The notes: generated from the sequence alone by a model not told the origin. Positions 21,127 through 31,102 are shown, numbered from the stretch's first letter. The stretch is DNA of 64,000 bases from a virus (IMGVR_UViG_3300032334_001433:128001-192000); one strand, 5' to 3'. A program made the numbers and translations.

Positions 21127-21636
21127 ATGACACATCTGTCAGTATTCGGTCCTGGCTTTAAGGACTTTGATAAATTTTTTGTTGGTTTTGATAATCAATT
21201 TACTCGCATGGCTAAGATGCATGATGATCTAACGAAAAACATTCCAAGCTATCCTCCATACAACATTAAGAAAACAGACGAAAACAAGTATGTTATTGAA
21301 ATGGCTGTCGCTGGATTTTCCAAGCAGGAAATTGAAATTGAATTTGTAGACGACAAGCTCGTTATCAAAGGCAATGCAGCAGAGGATAACGACGCACTAG
21401 AGTGGTTGTACAAAGGAATCGCTTCACGTAATTTCACAAGAACATTTGCTCTTAACGATCAAATTGAAATTAAAGATGCTGCTCTTATTAATGGTATGCT
21501 AAAGATTGCTCTTGAGCGTATTATTCCTGAGCACAAGAAGCCAAAGAAAATTGATGTGAAGGATGATGCTGAAGTTGCAGCAAAACCTGCAAAAAAATCT
21601 AGTAAGCCTCAGTATCTTACAGAAGATGATTTGTGA
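21127..21636 (+). CDS. hsp20: Small heat-shock protein (Hsp20/IbpA family)
   Basis: YPPYNI, IEMAVAGF, LYKGIASRNFTRTF, NGMLKI. Confidence 0.95.
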   Translation: MTHLSVFGPGFKDFDKFFVGFDNQFTRMAKMHDDLTKNIPSYPPYNIKKTDENKYVIEMAVAGFSKQEIEIEFVDDKLVIKGNAAEDNDALEWLYKGIASRNFTRTFALNDQIEIKDAALINGMLKIALERIIPEHKKPKKIDVKDDAEVAAKPAKKSSKPQYLTEDDL

Positions 21637-21644
21637 GATATAGA

Positions 21645-21779
21645 ATGCAAAAAATTTGGAAACAAATCGTCAAATCACTGACACCTAAAAAAGACGTAGA
21701 AATATATTTGGCAAAAGCAACAGATCATTTTGATCTAGAGCGCAGAATTGTATTTCTAAATCGCAAAGGTATTCTATAA
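21645..21779 (+). CDS. Small DUF3563-like protein (not in the ORF track)
   Basis: MQKIWKQIVKSLTPKKDVEIYLAKATDHFDLERRIVFLNRKGIL; YLAxAxDxxDLERR motif. Confidence 0.6.
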   Translation: MQKIWKQIVKSLTPKKDVEIYLAKATDHFDLERRIVFLNRKGIL

Positions 21780-21885
21780 TATTCTTTTGTGAAAAATAAC
21801 TTTTGTACTTTAGGTGCAGTTAAACTAGGTGTTGGCATGTAAAGGTCAGCACCCTAGTTGATCAAATACTTATAATTTGCTTGAA

Positions 21886-21893
21886 TATAAATA
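21886..21893 (+). promoter_or_regulatory. T4-type late promoter
   Basis: TATAAATA. Confidence 0.6.
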
Positions 21894-21957
21894 CTAATGA
21901 CATTATAATTAAGATGTTTTATAATGAGATTGAAGCTTTTGAATTTATGGAAACAAT

Positions 21958-22296
21958 ATGATTAAAATTTTAAAAACAATTACCGGCGAAGAATTGGTCG
22001 GCGACGTTACTAGATTGCAGAGTACGTTAACTATAAATAAACCTTTTATGGTAACAATGGCCAGAGATCCTGCAAACCCGGGCGGCGATATGCAGTTGGC
22101 ATTATTTCCCTATGTTCCGTATGTAAAAGATCATACATTGTTATTGGATGAAAAAAGTGTAGTGTGGATGACTGACCTAGTTGATTCTATGGTTAAAGAC
22201 TATAATAATGCACTTGAATCATTAAAGATTACTGAAGTTGTTCCTGAAAAGAAAGAACAATTTACAACCTTTGCGAATATAACAAAGACTATATGA
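21958..22296 (+). CDS. Hypothetical conserved T4-like phage protein
   Basis: MIKILKTITGEELVG start. Confidence 0.7.
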   Translation: MIKILKTITGEELVGDVTRLQSTLTINKPFMVTMARDPANPGGDMQLALFPYVPYVKDHTLLLDEKSVVWMTDLVDSMVKDYNNALESLKITEVVPEKKEQFTTFANITKTI

Positions 22297-22583
22297 AAAA
22301 ACAATTGAACGGGCCTGTTGTTTTTATAGACCCAGTAACAGGAAAAGCATTATGTGACTCTGTTCAATGTAAGAATAAATTCAAAGACATTAAATATAAT
22401 GTAAAAGAAACAAATTATAAATGGGTCGGCGGACCTGTTATACATAAACAATACTATGCAATATGTAATGAATGTGGTAGATCTCATTCTACAAGTAAAG
22501 CAAAAGCTTTAACTGGGCAAAGCTTTAGACGTGGAACCGAAAACGCAGGAAAAGATCCTGAAATTAATGAAAGTGAATTATGA
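22293..22583 (+). CDS. Hypothetical protein, possible Zn finger
   Basis: CxxxxC and CxxC. Confidence 0.6.
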   Translation: MKKQLNGPVVFIDPVTGKALCDSVQCKNKFKDIKYNVKETNYKWVGGPVIHKQYYAICNECGRSHSTSKAKALTGQSFRRGTENAGKDPEINESEL

Positions 22584-22699
22584 GCAAAAAAATTGAAAGC
22601 GTTAAAAAGCGCACCCGACAAGGCGGACGAGTAAAAACATCGTCTATGAATAAGACACAAAAAGTGTCACATAAAAAATATCGAGGCCAAGGCCGTTAA
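22580..22699 (+). CDS. Small basic protein (not in the ORF track)
   Basis: MSKKIESVKKRTRQGGRVKTSSMNKTQKVSHKKYRGQGR; ends in the KKYRGQG motif seen in T4-like phages. Confidence 0.6.
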   Translation: MSKKIESVKKRTRQGGRVKTSSMNKTQKVSHKKYRGQGR

Positions 22700-22708
22700 T
22701 AAATATAT

Positions 22709-22783
22709 TGCGGGTTGGCGCAGTAGTAGCGCGCTGGACTCATAATCCAGAGGTCGGTGGTGCGAATCCATCACCCGCATCCA
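22709..22783 (+). tRNA. tRNA with CAT anticodon (Met; identity uncertain)
   Basis: TGCGGGT/ACCCGCA acceptor stem, CTGGA-CTCATAA-TCCAG, CCA end; T-loop TGCGAAT. Confidence 0.85.
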
Positions 22784-22789
22784 TCATCT

Positions 22790-23047
22790 ATGTTAGAATA
22801 CATAACAACCTTTTTTGCGATGTTTATCGTTGATATATTTTACGCATATTATATCAAAGCGATTCAAGACGAAGAAGCATTAAAGGCAGGTCTTTGGGCA
22901 GGCACAGTATATGCAATCGCAAGTGTCTCCGTAATTAACTTTACTATAAATCATTGGCTAATTATTCCCGCTGCATTAGGAGCAGCATTAGGAACATATT
23001 TTGGAATAAGATTGCGTCAAGATGACGGGCCAGATGAACCTATGTAA
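22790..23047 (+). CDS. Small multi-TM membrane protein
   Basis: Hydrophobic; the real start is probably ATG 22790 after the tRNA. Confidence 0.7.
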   Translation: MLEYITTFFAMFIVDIFYAYYIKAIQDEEALKAGLWAGTVYAIASVSVINFTINHWLIIPAALGAALGTYFGIRLRQDDGPDEPM

Positions 23048-23057
23048 TTGGATTAAA

Positions 23058-23765
23058 GTGAAATTTATATTATGTTTACTTGCTCTTATATCGAGCAATG
23101 TTTTTGCTATGGACATTACTGCTACAAGTTGGTTAGTAGCAGACGGCGAAGGTAAAGTACTTCAAAGCGAAAATGTCAATGCTTCTAGATCAATTGCAAG
23201 CATAACAAAACTTATGACTGTAATGGTAGTACTAGATAAGAAACTACCATTAGACGCAAAGATAAATCAATACACCCGAAAAGAACTAATTCAACTAGCA
23301 ATGGTTAAATCGGATAATAAGGCCGCAATTGCTTTATGTGATAGTTATCCTGGCGGAAAATTAATGTGCGTCAGGGCAATGAATCAAAAAGCATTTGATT
23401 TGAAGATGTTTGATACAAAATATGTAGAAGCATCTGGGCTTGATATAATGAATATTAGTACTGCACTTGATCTTATTAAATTGGTTCAAGCTGCAAAAGA
23501 TTATCCCGCAATTGTGGAAGCCAGCAATACTTCTAGAATTTCAATAAAGTTAAAAAAGAAATGGTTATTCTTTAATAACACAAATCCTATAATTGGCAAA
23601 AGATATAATTTTATTGTTAGTAAAACAGGATATATAAAAGCATCCGGTGGCTGCATTGTTATGATGTTAGATACAGATGTTGGCCGCCGGATTGTAGTTG
23701 TTCTTGGAAGTAAAAATACTCACACAAGAATACCAGAAGCAGAGTTTATTGCAACTCACGAATAG
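23058..23765 (+). CDS. Peptidase S11 (D-Ala-D-Ala carboxypeptidase/PBP7-like) with signal peptide
   Basis: SxxK (ASITK), SxN (SDN), KTG motifs; start codon uncertain. Confidence 0.9.
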   Translation: MKFILCLLALISSNVFAMDITATSWLVADGEGKVLQSENVNASRSIASITKLMTVMVVLDKKLPLDAKINQYTRKELIQLAMVKSDNKAAIALCDSYPGGKLMCVRAMNQKAFDLKMFDTKYVEASGLDIMNISTALDLIKLVQAAKDYPAIVEASNTSRISIKLKKKWLFFNNTNPIIGKRYNFIVSKTGYIKASGGCIVMMLDTDVGRRIVVVLGSKNTHTRIPEAEFIATHE

Positions 23766-24476
23766 TTAATTCCAATATTTGTTATGGTTTAAACTATCCC
23801 AATATGATTTGTTATTGCGATTCATAAAACTTTTCATTAGGTATTTGCCCATACCAAAATATCCCATCTTTTTAAACCTACGACTATCTTGTCCGCAGTA
23901 ATGTTTTATAATCCTAAACTTTTTAGGACTATAATTTTTTGATAAGAAATAGTCTTCGGCTGTTAATAAGTTTTCGGGAAATCCGCCATATTCATCAAAT
24001 TTATCTTTGCGCGTTAGCATAAATGCTCCAACGGCGAATGGTGAGAAATATTTTAATGCGTTATTAATAGTATTAAAAATAGCAAATCCAAGTGTTGCTC
24101 TTAAGTCTTTGTCATAGCATTTGATATTCAAACCAACTAAATCTAAATTATTTGATTCAAGTTTATCGACCGCATCACGTATTACATCATACTTAAAGAA
24201 ACGAACATCGGCGTCAATGAATAGTATGCAGGGTGTAGTGACAAGTCTAGCACCGTTGTTCTTGGCAACACTAACAGGCCCACCATCAATAATTTCAACA
24301 TTCAATTCAAAACTATTATTACGTATTACTTGCCTGGTGTTGTCAGTAGAACAATCCGCAATTATAATTTTAGTATCACCGATGTTCTGTGACCGCAACG
24401 AATCTAATAAATGATGAATATAATTTTCTTCATTTTTACAAGGCACAACTATAGTAATTTTATCACTTAGTTTCAT
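23766..24476 (-). CDS. GT2 glycosyltransferase
   Basis: VVPCKNEE, FIDAD. Confidence 0.85.
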   Translation of the reverse strand: MKLSDKITIVVPCKNEENYIHHLLDSLRSQNIGDTKIIIADCSTDNTRQVIRNNSFELNVEIIDGGPVSVAKNNGARLVTTPCILFIDADVRFFKYDVIRDAVDKLESNNLDLVGLNIKCYDKDLRATLGFAIFNTINNALKYFSPFAVGAFMLTRKDKFDEYGGFPENLLTAEDYFLSKNYSPKKFRIIKHYCGQDSRRFKKMGYFGMGKYLMKSFMNRNNKSYWDSLNHNKYWN

Positions 24477-25230
24477 TGTCTTTCTCCTTAGTCCAAGTAA
24501 CTATTTCCCATCTACCGTCCCAATGTTCAACTAAAGCGGTACATGACTCAACCCAGTCTCCGTCATTCATATAGATGACGCCTTCTATTTCTTTTATTTC
24601 AGCATGGTGTATATGACCACAGATGACACCATCATACCCACGTTTTTTACAATAATTCGCTAAGTTTTTCTCAAAATGAAATATAAAGTCTACTGCTTTC
24701 TTTACTCTTGCTTTGAGATATTTACTAAGACTAAAGTACCCAAAACCAAAGCGATGACGTAACCAATTGTATTTGCTATTAACCGATAAAATGAAATCAT
24801 ATGCTTTATCTCCTAAAAAACTTAACCAGGGCGCTAATCTGGTTATACCGTCAAACATATCTCCATGTACTACAAGATAGTGTTTACCGTCTGCGCCTAT
24901 ATGTTCTATTTGATTATGTATTTCAACAAGTCCAAAACTAAACCCGTATGGTATCATCGGGCGCAAGAATTCGTCATGATTTCCTGCAATATACACGACA
25001 CGAGTGCCACGTTTAGCATGACCGAGAACACGACGGACCACATTAGTGTGGCTTTGTTTCCATCTCCATTTGTTTTGTTGGATTCGCCAGGCATCGATTA
25101 TATCTCCTATTAAGTATAATGTGTTACAAGAATTATTTTTAAGAAAATTATTTAGCTTTTCTGCCTTACAATCATTTGTACCTAAATGTACATCGCTTAT
25201 AAAAATACTACGATATTTTTGTTCTGACAT
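24463..25230 (-). CDS. UDP-2,3-diacylglucosamine hydrolase-like metallophosphoesterase
   Basis: SDVHLG, GDIID, GNHD, HGD, CGHIH, GDWVES. Confidence 0.85.
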   Translation of the reverse strand: MSEQKYRSIFISDVHLGTNDCKAEKLNNFLKNNSCNTLYLIGDIIDAWRIQQNKWRWKQSHTNVVRRVLGHAKRGTRVVYIAGNHDEFLRPMIPYGFSFGLVEIHNQIEHIGADGKHYLVVHGDMFDGITRLAPWLSFLGDKAYDFILSVNSKYNWLRHRFGFGYFSLSKYLKARVKKAVDFIFHFEKNLANYCKKRGYDGVICGHIHHAEIKEIEGVIYMNDGDWVESCTALVEHWDGRWEIVTWTKEKDNETK

Positions 25231-25259
25231 ATCTAATCTTTTATTTTAATAAATATTTG

Positions 25260-25373
25260 ATGCATTTTAATATAATAATTACTTTCAACGATTTATTGTT
25301 CCTACTTGGATGCCTGCCATTAGTTATGATATTTTGGGAAATGTTTAAAGACTGGAAAAAAGATAAACATTAG
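25260..25373 (+). CDS. Possible small membrane peptide (not in the ORF track)
   Basis: MHFNIIITFNDLLFLLGCLPLVMIFWEMFKDWKKDKH following a TAATAAATA late-like box. Confidence 0.35.
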   Translation: MHFNIIITFNDLLFLLGCLPLVMIFWEMFKDWKKDKH

Positions 25374-25981
25374 TCTCCAGCTGCTGCCTTGGCTAATTCT
25401 TTTTTCTGTTCTTGTTCTCTCAACCATTGATTTTGTCTACGAATTTGCAATGCCTTGGCTTGTTTAGCTTCAAGTTCTTTTTGTTCTTCGGCCATACTAT
25501 AAAACTGAACACCCAACATAACAAAAGCAGAAATAACAATTCCGAATCCTATAGTATACATTGTTATCATCATATACTTAGCCATCTTTTCTTTATGTGC
25601 TTGTTTGGCTTTTGCTACTGCTTCTTCACCTTCACGTTTTTCTTTTAATAATCTAGTGCGTTCGGCAATCATCTCTTCCCAAATTTGTGGCTTACCCAAT
25701 TGCCAATAAATCATGTCTTTTAATGCTCTTTCATCTTCGCGCAACTTATTGCTATGCATAGCAAACTCAAGTGCTTGGCGCCCAAGTTGAGCATCAGTTT
25801 TGCCCATAGCACCATGTTTAGCTTTGATGCTAGCTAAATGAACTTGATCCGCAGCCTCAAAGAAATGCCCCACTTGTCCGATAATACTATTGATATCTTT
25901 ACCCATAGCAATGGCCTGCTTAATTCCACCAATTGCGGATTGAGCGGCACTAAATGCAAGACTTATTGTAATTGGATCCAT
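25370..25981 (-). CDS. Hypothetical membrane-anchored coiled-coil protein
   Basis: ORF with one TM segment. Confidence 0.75.
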   Translation of the reverse strand: MDPITISLAFSAAQSAIGGIKQAIAMGKDINSIIGQVGHFFEAADQVHLASIKAKHGAMGKTDAQLGRQALEFAMHSNKLREDERALKDMIYWQLGKPQIWEEMIAERTRLLKEKREGEEAVAKAKQAHKEKMAKYMMITMYTIGFGIVISAFVMLGVQFYSMAEEQKELEAKQAKALQIRRQNQWLREQEQKKELAKAAAGD

Positions 25982-26205
25982 TACTTTTCTTTCTTATCAG
26001 TCCAGTATGGAACAAAAGTCCAGCGGCAAATTTTACCGTTTTCCACAAATTCATTAACACCATAATTCTTTTTGTTTTCCTCACACACCTTTTCTAGCTT
26101 TTGCCAGTGTTTGTAATTTTTTGGAGGAGAGATTAATTGGTCGGAACTAGATGCAGTTAATAAAAATGTTATCAGTAAAATTGCCGAGAACTTTATAAGT
26201 TTCAT
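25981..26205 (-). CDS. Hypothetical secreted protein
   Basis: Signal-like N-terminus; operonic. Confidence 0.6.
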   Translation of the reverse strand: MKLIKFSAILLITFLLTASSSDQLISPPKNYKHWQKLEKVCEENKKNYGVNEFVENGKICRWTFVPYWTDKKEK

Positions 26206-26206
26206 A

Positions 26207-26743
26207 CTACATCCATAGCCAATAGCCTTGCGACATTAAGATTAATCCTAATCCGCCAACTACCCAACTAGCTCTATACATATTGTTATTGACAGCTAAT
26301 ATAGCAGCCGATAATAATACAATTGCAAGTTGGAATAACATACCTGAGAATGTTAGCCAAGGTGCGTGCAATCTTGCTTCTTCACGAGCAGCATCCTGTG
26401 CCTGTGCTTTGGCCAGTAATTCTTTCTTGCCTTCGCCTTTTTCTGGTTCACTTTCGTAACGAGCAATTTTGGCTTCTAATTTTTCAATACGAGCTTTATC
26501 TTTTGCTTGTTTAGCGTCTTCTAATTGTCCCTCAGCAATAGCTTGTTTTATACTTTTGGATTGATAAAATCCATATGTGTTGCTGGCCTTTAGTAAGTTA
26601 GTTTGTGCTATGCCGCTAAAATTATTAGCAAGGTAAGTATTGCCTGCTAAAAATAATGCCATAAAGACAATAACTAATCCAGATTTATCTTTAATTTGCG
26701 CCTCACGCTCGCTGCGTGATAAAGGTTTCTTTTCATCTGCCAT
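26207..26743 (-). CDS. DUF4337-like membrane protein
   Basis: FYQSKSIKQ, LFQLAIVLLSAAIL. Confidence 0.7.
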   Translation of the reverse strand: MADEKKPLSRSEREAQIKDKSGLVIVFMALFLAGNTYLANNFSGIAQTNLLKASNTYGFYQSKSIKQAIAEGQLEDAKQAKDKARIEKLEAKIARYESEPEKGEGKKELLAKAQAQDAAREEARLHAPWLTFSGMLFQLAIVLLSAAILAVNNNMYRASWVVGGLGLILMSQGYWLWM

Positions 26744-26820
26744 TCTATCCTCCTTTATGTTTTAATTTTACAAAAAGGTCAAAAGCACATTGCATGCTTG
26801 GATATAGTCATAGATATCTA

Positions 26821-26849
26821 TAGACAAATTACTAAATTTGCTATATAAT
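26821..26849 (+). promoter_or_regulatory. sigma70-type promoter for DNA polymerase
   Basis: TAGACA-17-TATAAT. Confidence 0.7.
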
Positions 26850-26857
26850 GATACAAT

Positions 26858-26865
26858 TATTTATA
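26858..26865 (-). promoter_or_regulatory. Late promoter driving the minus-strand operon
   Basis: TATTTATA on + equals TATAAATA on -. Confidence 0.65.
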
Positions 26866-26882
26866 CCCTTAGGATTTACTGA

Positions 26883-29375
26883 ATGAAGTTTTACACTAGT
26901 GTCAATCAATATGGTAACAAGATTCTTGTTCGCGGAATCAACAATGGCAAATCTGTGCAGGACAAGATCGAATTTAAACCTAGTTTATTCTTAAAATCCA
27001 AAACTCCTACCAAATATAAGTCATTATTTGGCGAAAATCTAGATGAAATTGTTTTTGAAAGTATTAACGAAGCAAAAGATTACGTTAAACGATACAGCGA
27101 TGTAGACAATTTTGAGGTTTTTGGCAATACGAACTATGCCTATCAGTACATCACAAAAACATTCCCCGACGAAGTAGATTTTGACATTTCTCAGTTAAAA
27201 ATATGGTCTCTTGATATTGAGACTTCTGCAGAACTTGGATTCCCTGATGTTAGGAATCCGATGGAAGAAGTTCTGTTAATTACTACTCAAGATTATAACA
27301 CTAAAGAAATCGTTACATTTGGTACGAAAAACTTTAAAGTTACGAAACCAAACCACAAGTATGTGCAATGTAGTAATGAGCAAGATCTCCTGAAGAGATT
27401 TATTTGGTCTATGGTTGACGATGGATATCCTCATATCATTACAGGTTGGAATATTGACTTCTTCGACATTCCTTATTTGTGCAGTCGAATTTCCAAAATA
27501 CTTGGAGATGAATTCCTTCGACAATTGTCTCCTTGGAATGTAGTGAATTCAAAAGAATTTACTCGAATGAATAAGACAGAATTGACATACGATATTCTTG
27601 GCGTAGCTGCATTGGACTATCTTGATCTGTATAAGAAGTTTACTTATGGTGCCCAAGAATCATATAAACTAGATCACATTGCTAAGGTAGAACTTGGTAA
27701 AGAAAAATTGTCATACGAGGAATATTCTTCATTCCGAGATTTCTATAAAAATGATTGGCAAAAGTTCGTAGAATACAACGTAGTTGATACGGAACTAATT
27801 GACCAATTGGAAAATAAGATGCGACTTATTGAGTTGATCTTAACAATGGCATATGATGCAAAGTGTAATTATGTAGATGTATTCTCGGCAGTTAGAACAT
27901 GGGATTGTATTCTTTGGAATCATCTTTATAAGAAGAACATCATTGTTCATCAGCGTGAGGGTAAGCCTGCTCGACAAATTGTAGGAGCGTATGTCCAAGA
28001 ACCGAAGCCCGGACAATATGATTGGGTTGTATCTTTTGATGCGACAAGTCTGTATCCAAGTATTATTATGCAGTATAATCTATCTCCCGAGACGCAGGTT
28101 ATTCAAGCAACAAAGGATACAACTGTTGATAAGTTAATGAAAAAGGAATACAATCTGCAGGATCTAAAAGACAACAATTATTGTATGTCTGCAAATGGTT
28201 ATTCTTATACAAGAGAAAAGCAAGGATTGTTTCCTGAGATTGTGCAGAAATTGTTTGATGATCGTCAGCGTTATAAAAAATTGATGTTGGCTTCGCAAGC
28301 AAAGTATGAAGAAACAAAGGATAAGTCTTATCAGAATGAGATTTCCAAGTATAACAATTTTCAGATGGCTCGTAAGATTCAATTGAATTCTTTGTTCGGG
28401 GCATGGGGTAATGAATTTTTTAGATTCTATGATTCTAATATTGCGGAAGGTATTACACTTACAGGTCAGTATATTATTCAGACAGTCGGTGCAGCTTTGA
28501 ATGAATACTTAAATAAAGTCTGTGGAACAAAAGACTTTATGTATTCTTTTTATTCAGACACAGATGCTTGTTATATTACATTGGATCCATTAGTACAAAA
28601 GTATTATAAAGATCAACCGAAAGAAAAGATTGTAGAAATCTTGGATAAGATTTGTAATGAGAAAATTGAAAAAGCAATTAATAAAGCATGCGATGGTTTG
28701 GCTGATTATACCAATGCGTTTGATACAAAGATTTACTTTAAACGAGAAGTTATTGCAGACCGTGGCATTTGGGTTGCTAAGAAACGATATGCTTTGAATG
28801 TTTATAACAATGAAGGCGTTCAATATAAAGAGCCGAAATTGAAAGTCATGGGATTGGAGATTGTTAGATCGTCTACTCCTGAGCCTATTCGTGAGGCACT
28901 TCGAGATGCCGTTAAATTGGCATTGACTGGAACGGAACAACAGATTCAAGATTATATCCGAGAATTTGAATATAAGTATAGAAAAATGTCTCCAGAACTA
29001 ATTGCTTTCCCTAGAGGCGTTAACGGAGTCGATAAATATACAGATAGGAGTTCAATTTATAGGCAAGGAACTCCTATGCACGTCCGAGGCGCATTGTTGT
29101 ATAATTTCTATTTAAAGGAAAAACAACTAACCGGTAAGTATGAACTTATAAATGAAGGCGACAAAATTAAATTCATTTACTTAAAAGAACCAAATTTGAT
29201 TAAAGAAAATTGTATTGCGTTTATTAATCAGATGCCCGACGAGTTTAATTTGAAACAATACGTAGATTATGATACGATGTTTGAGAAATCATTTCTTGAA
29301 CCATTAACAACAATTTTAAATGGTGTGGGGTGGACTGCGAAACCACAGGCAACATTAGAGGGATTATTCTCATGA
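26883..29375 (+). CDS. gp43: Family B DNA polymerase
   Basis: DIET exonuclease motif, SFDATSLYPS, KIQLNSLFG, YSDTDA. Confidence 0.97.
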   Translation: MKFYTSVNQYGNKILVRGINNGKSVQDKIEFKPSLFLKSKTPTKYKSLFGENLDEIVFESINEAKDYVKRYSDVDNFEVFGNTNYAYQYITKTFPDEVDFDISQLKIWSLDIETSAELGFPDVRNPMEEVLLITTQDYNTKEIVTFGTKNFKVTKPNHKYVQCSNEQDLLKRFIWSMVDDGYPHIITGWNIDFFDIPYLCSRISKILGDEFLRQLSPWNVVNSKEFTRMNKTELTYDILGVAALDYLDLYKKFTYGAQESYKLDHIAKVELGKEKLSYEEYSSFRDFYKNDWQKFVEYNVVDTELIDQLENKMRLIELILTMAYDAKCNYVDVFSAVRTWDCILWNHLYKKNIIVHQREGKPARQIVGAYVQEPKPGQYDWVVSFDATSLYPSIIMQYNLSPETQVIQATKDTTVDKLMKKEYNLQDLKDNNYCMSANGYSYTREKQGLFPEIVQKLFDDRQRYKKLMLASQAKYEETKDKSYQNEISKYNNFQMARKIQLNSLFGAWGNEFFRFYDSNIAEGITLTGQYIIQTVGAALNEYLNKVCGTKDFMYSFYSDTDACYITLDPLVQKYYKDQPKEKIVEILDKICNEKIEKAINKACDGLADYTNAFDTKIYFKREVIADRGIWVAKKRYALNVYNNEGVQYKEPKLKVMGLEIVRSSTPEPIREALRDAVKLALTGTEQQIQDYIREFEYKYRKMSPELIAFPRGVNGVDKYTDRSSIYRQGTPMHVRGALLYNFYLKEKQLTGKYELINEGDKIKFIYLKEPNLIKENCIAFINQMPDEFNLKQYVDYDTMFEKSFLEPLTTILNGVGWTAKPQATLEGLFS

Positions 29376-30187
29376 AAAAGATTATATTTACATTACTAGC
29401 ATTATTAAGTTTACATTCATATGGTTGGGATCAACGTCAACCATTGCCGGTACAAGCATGTCAAGTTCATGCACCATATGGATTCCCTGTCACACAAGGA
29501 GTTCAACCTATTTGTCGACAAGGTTATCTTGTAGGGTATGATGCCACCGCAAAACTTCCGAAATTTGTGACCTATGAATTGCTTCCGCAAAATGCACTGG
29601 GATGCTGGCCAAGAACAAATGCCTTTGTAGCAGATGCGTCTATTCAAAACGGACCCAGGGTAGATGATTATGTTGGAACTGGATATGATAAAGGTCATAT
29701 GAGTCCTGATGGAGATTTAAGTTGGGATCAGCAAGTTGAATATGAATCATTCTTGATGACAAACATGGCACCTCAAGCAGGAAGTTTAAATAGAGGGATT
29801 TGGAAACTATTAGAAACATCTGTTCGCGGATGGGCAGTTCAACGTAATCAAAGTTACACAATTTATGTCGGCGGCATTTATAATGCACAGGATAAAAAGA
29901 TTGGTAGTGGTGTAGTTGTTCCTCATGGTTTTTATAAAATTGTAATTAACAATCAAACAAATGAAGTTGCTGGATGGGGGTTTCCTCACGTTCCTCCATA
30001 TCCTAATTTAGGAAATGATTTGACAAAGTTTCGCATGCCAATTGCAGACATTGAAAATGCTTCAAATGTAGATTTTAAACTACCTCCTAATCACAAAGAA
30101 CTTGCTCCTGGCACAGAATGGCCTGTAGACTTTGGTGCATTGACTAAAGCAAAACGTGCAAAGTGCGGAGCAAACGCAACAGAATAA
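29372..30187 (+). CDS. DNA/RNA non-specific endonuclease (NucA family) with signal peptide
   Basis: YDKGHM, MTNMAPQ, LNRGIW. Confidence 0.9.
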   Translation: MKKIIFTLLALLSLHSYGWDQRQPLPVQACQVHAPYGFPVTQGVQPICRQGYLVGYDATAKLPKFVTYELLPQNALGCWPRTNAFVADASIQNGPRVDDYVGTGYDKGHMSPDGDLSWDQQVEYESFLMTNMAPQAGSLNRGIWKLLETSVRGWAVQRNQSYTIYVGGIYNAQDKKIGSGVVVPHGFYKIVINNQTNEVAGWGFPHVPPYPNLGNDLTKFRMPIADIENASNVDFKLPPNHKELAPGTEWPVDFGALTKAKRAKCGANATE

Positions 30188-30202
30188 GCTTGCAATTTTA
30201 TT

Positions 30203-31036
30203 ATGACTATCCGTGAAAATCAAAAAATTGGTATGTTATATACCATGCAAGGACTCGGCGACCATATCATGTTCAATGGTATGGCTCGTCGTTTATTAAT
30301 AGAACATTCATTAACAACAATCTATGTTGTATCATGGAGACATTATTCTCACATTGTAGAATTTATGTATAGGGATGATCCGAGAATAAAAGTATTGTTA
30401 ATTGATTCTGGTAATGAACATAACGGTATGATAGAACATATAAAAGCAATTATACCAGATTGCATATATCTACTTGGGCATGAAATACAAAGAGGTGTTC
30501 CTGGTAAATCTTTTGATGAATTTCTACATTCCGAAACACATCAGTATCAGGCTTCTTGGTCAGAACTATCTACAAAATCTATCTACGGAAATCAAGCATA
30601 TTATGATTTTATGGAAATAGATTGGAAACATCGTTTTATGAGTTTCTACTATGAACGAGATATGAGAGCAGAAGAAGAACTCTTCAATATGGTTAACCCA
30701 AATCATGAGGAGTATATTTTTATACACCATGATCCTACAAGAGGATTAACTATGGATGCCAATAAGTTATTGGACATTGTAGGAAAGAACATTAAAATTA
30801 TTTCTGCACCAACAGCACAAAATTCTAATATGAACATCCTACATTTTGGTATGATATTACAGAATGCAAAACAGTTTCATACAATGTCATCATCGTTTGC
30901 TTGTTTGGTTGAAGGACTCGATATGGATTATGTTGATTTGTATATGCACCAATATATTAGAAATGCCGGAAGGTTTATTCGAGATGGAAAAACTTGTCCA
31001 AGCGAAACAAGAAAGTCGTGGACGGTGATCTTTTAA
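30203..31036 (+). CDS. Hypothetical protein, putative GT-B glycosyltransferase (paralogue of 11792-12580)
   Basis: GLGDHIMFNGM. Confidence 0.55.
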   Translation: MTIRENQKIGMLYTMQGLGDHIMFNGMARRLLIEHSLTTIYVVSWRHYSHIVEFMYRDDPRIKVLLIDSGNEHNGMIEHIKAIIPDCIYLLGHEIQRGVPGKSFDEFLHSETHQYQASWSELSTKSIYGNQAYYDFMEIDWKHRFMSFYYERDMRAEEELFNMVNPNHEEYIFIHHDPTRGLTMDANKLLDIVGKNIKIISAPTAQNSNMNILHFGMILQNAKQFHTMSSSFACLVEGLDMDYVDLYMHQYIRNAGRFIRDGKTCPSETRKSWTVIF

Positions 31037-31047
31037 TTTAAAAAGCA

Positions 31048-31076
31048 TAGACAACTATGCACAAATACTATATAAT
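31048..31076 (+). promoter_or_regulatory. sigma70-type promoter for uvsX
   Basis: TAGACA-17-TATAAT. Confidence 0.7.
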
Positions 31077-31102
31077 ATTATTTTATTACTTAAGGAATAG
31101 AT

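Noticed and set aside
22757-22789. ORF-track starts overlapping tRNAs (22757, 42183) or upstream genes (15687, 29330, 32133, 43133)
   Set aside because: Downstream ATGs with better SD or operon spacing were used instead.
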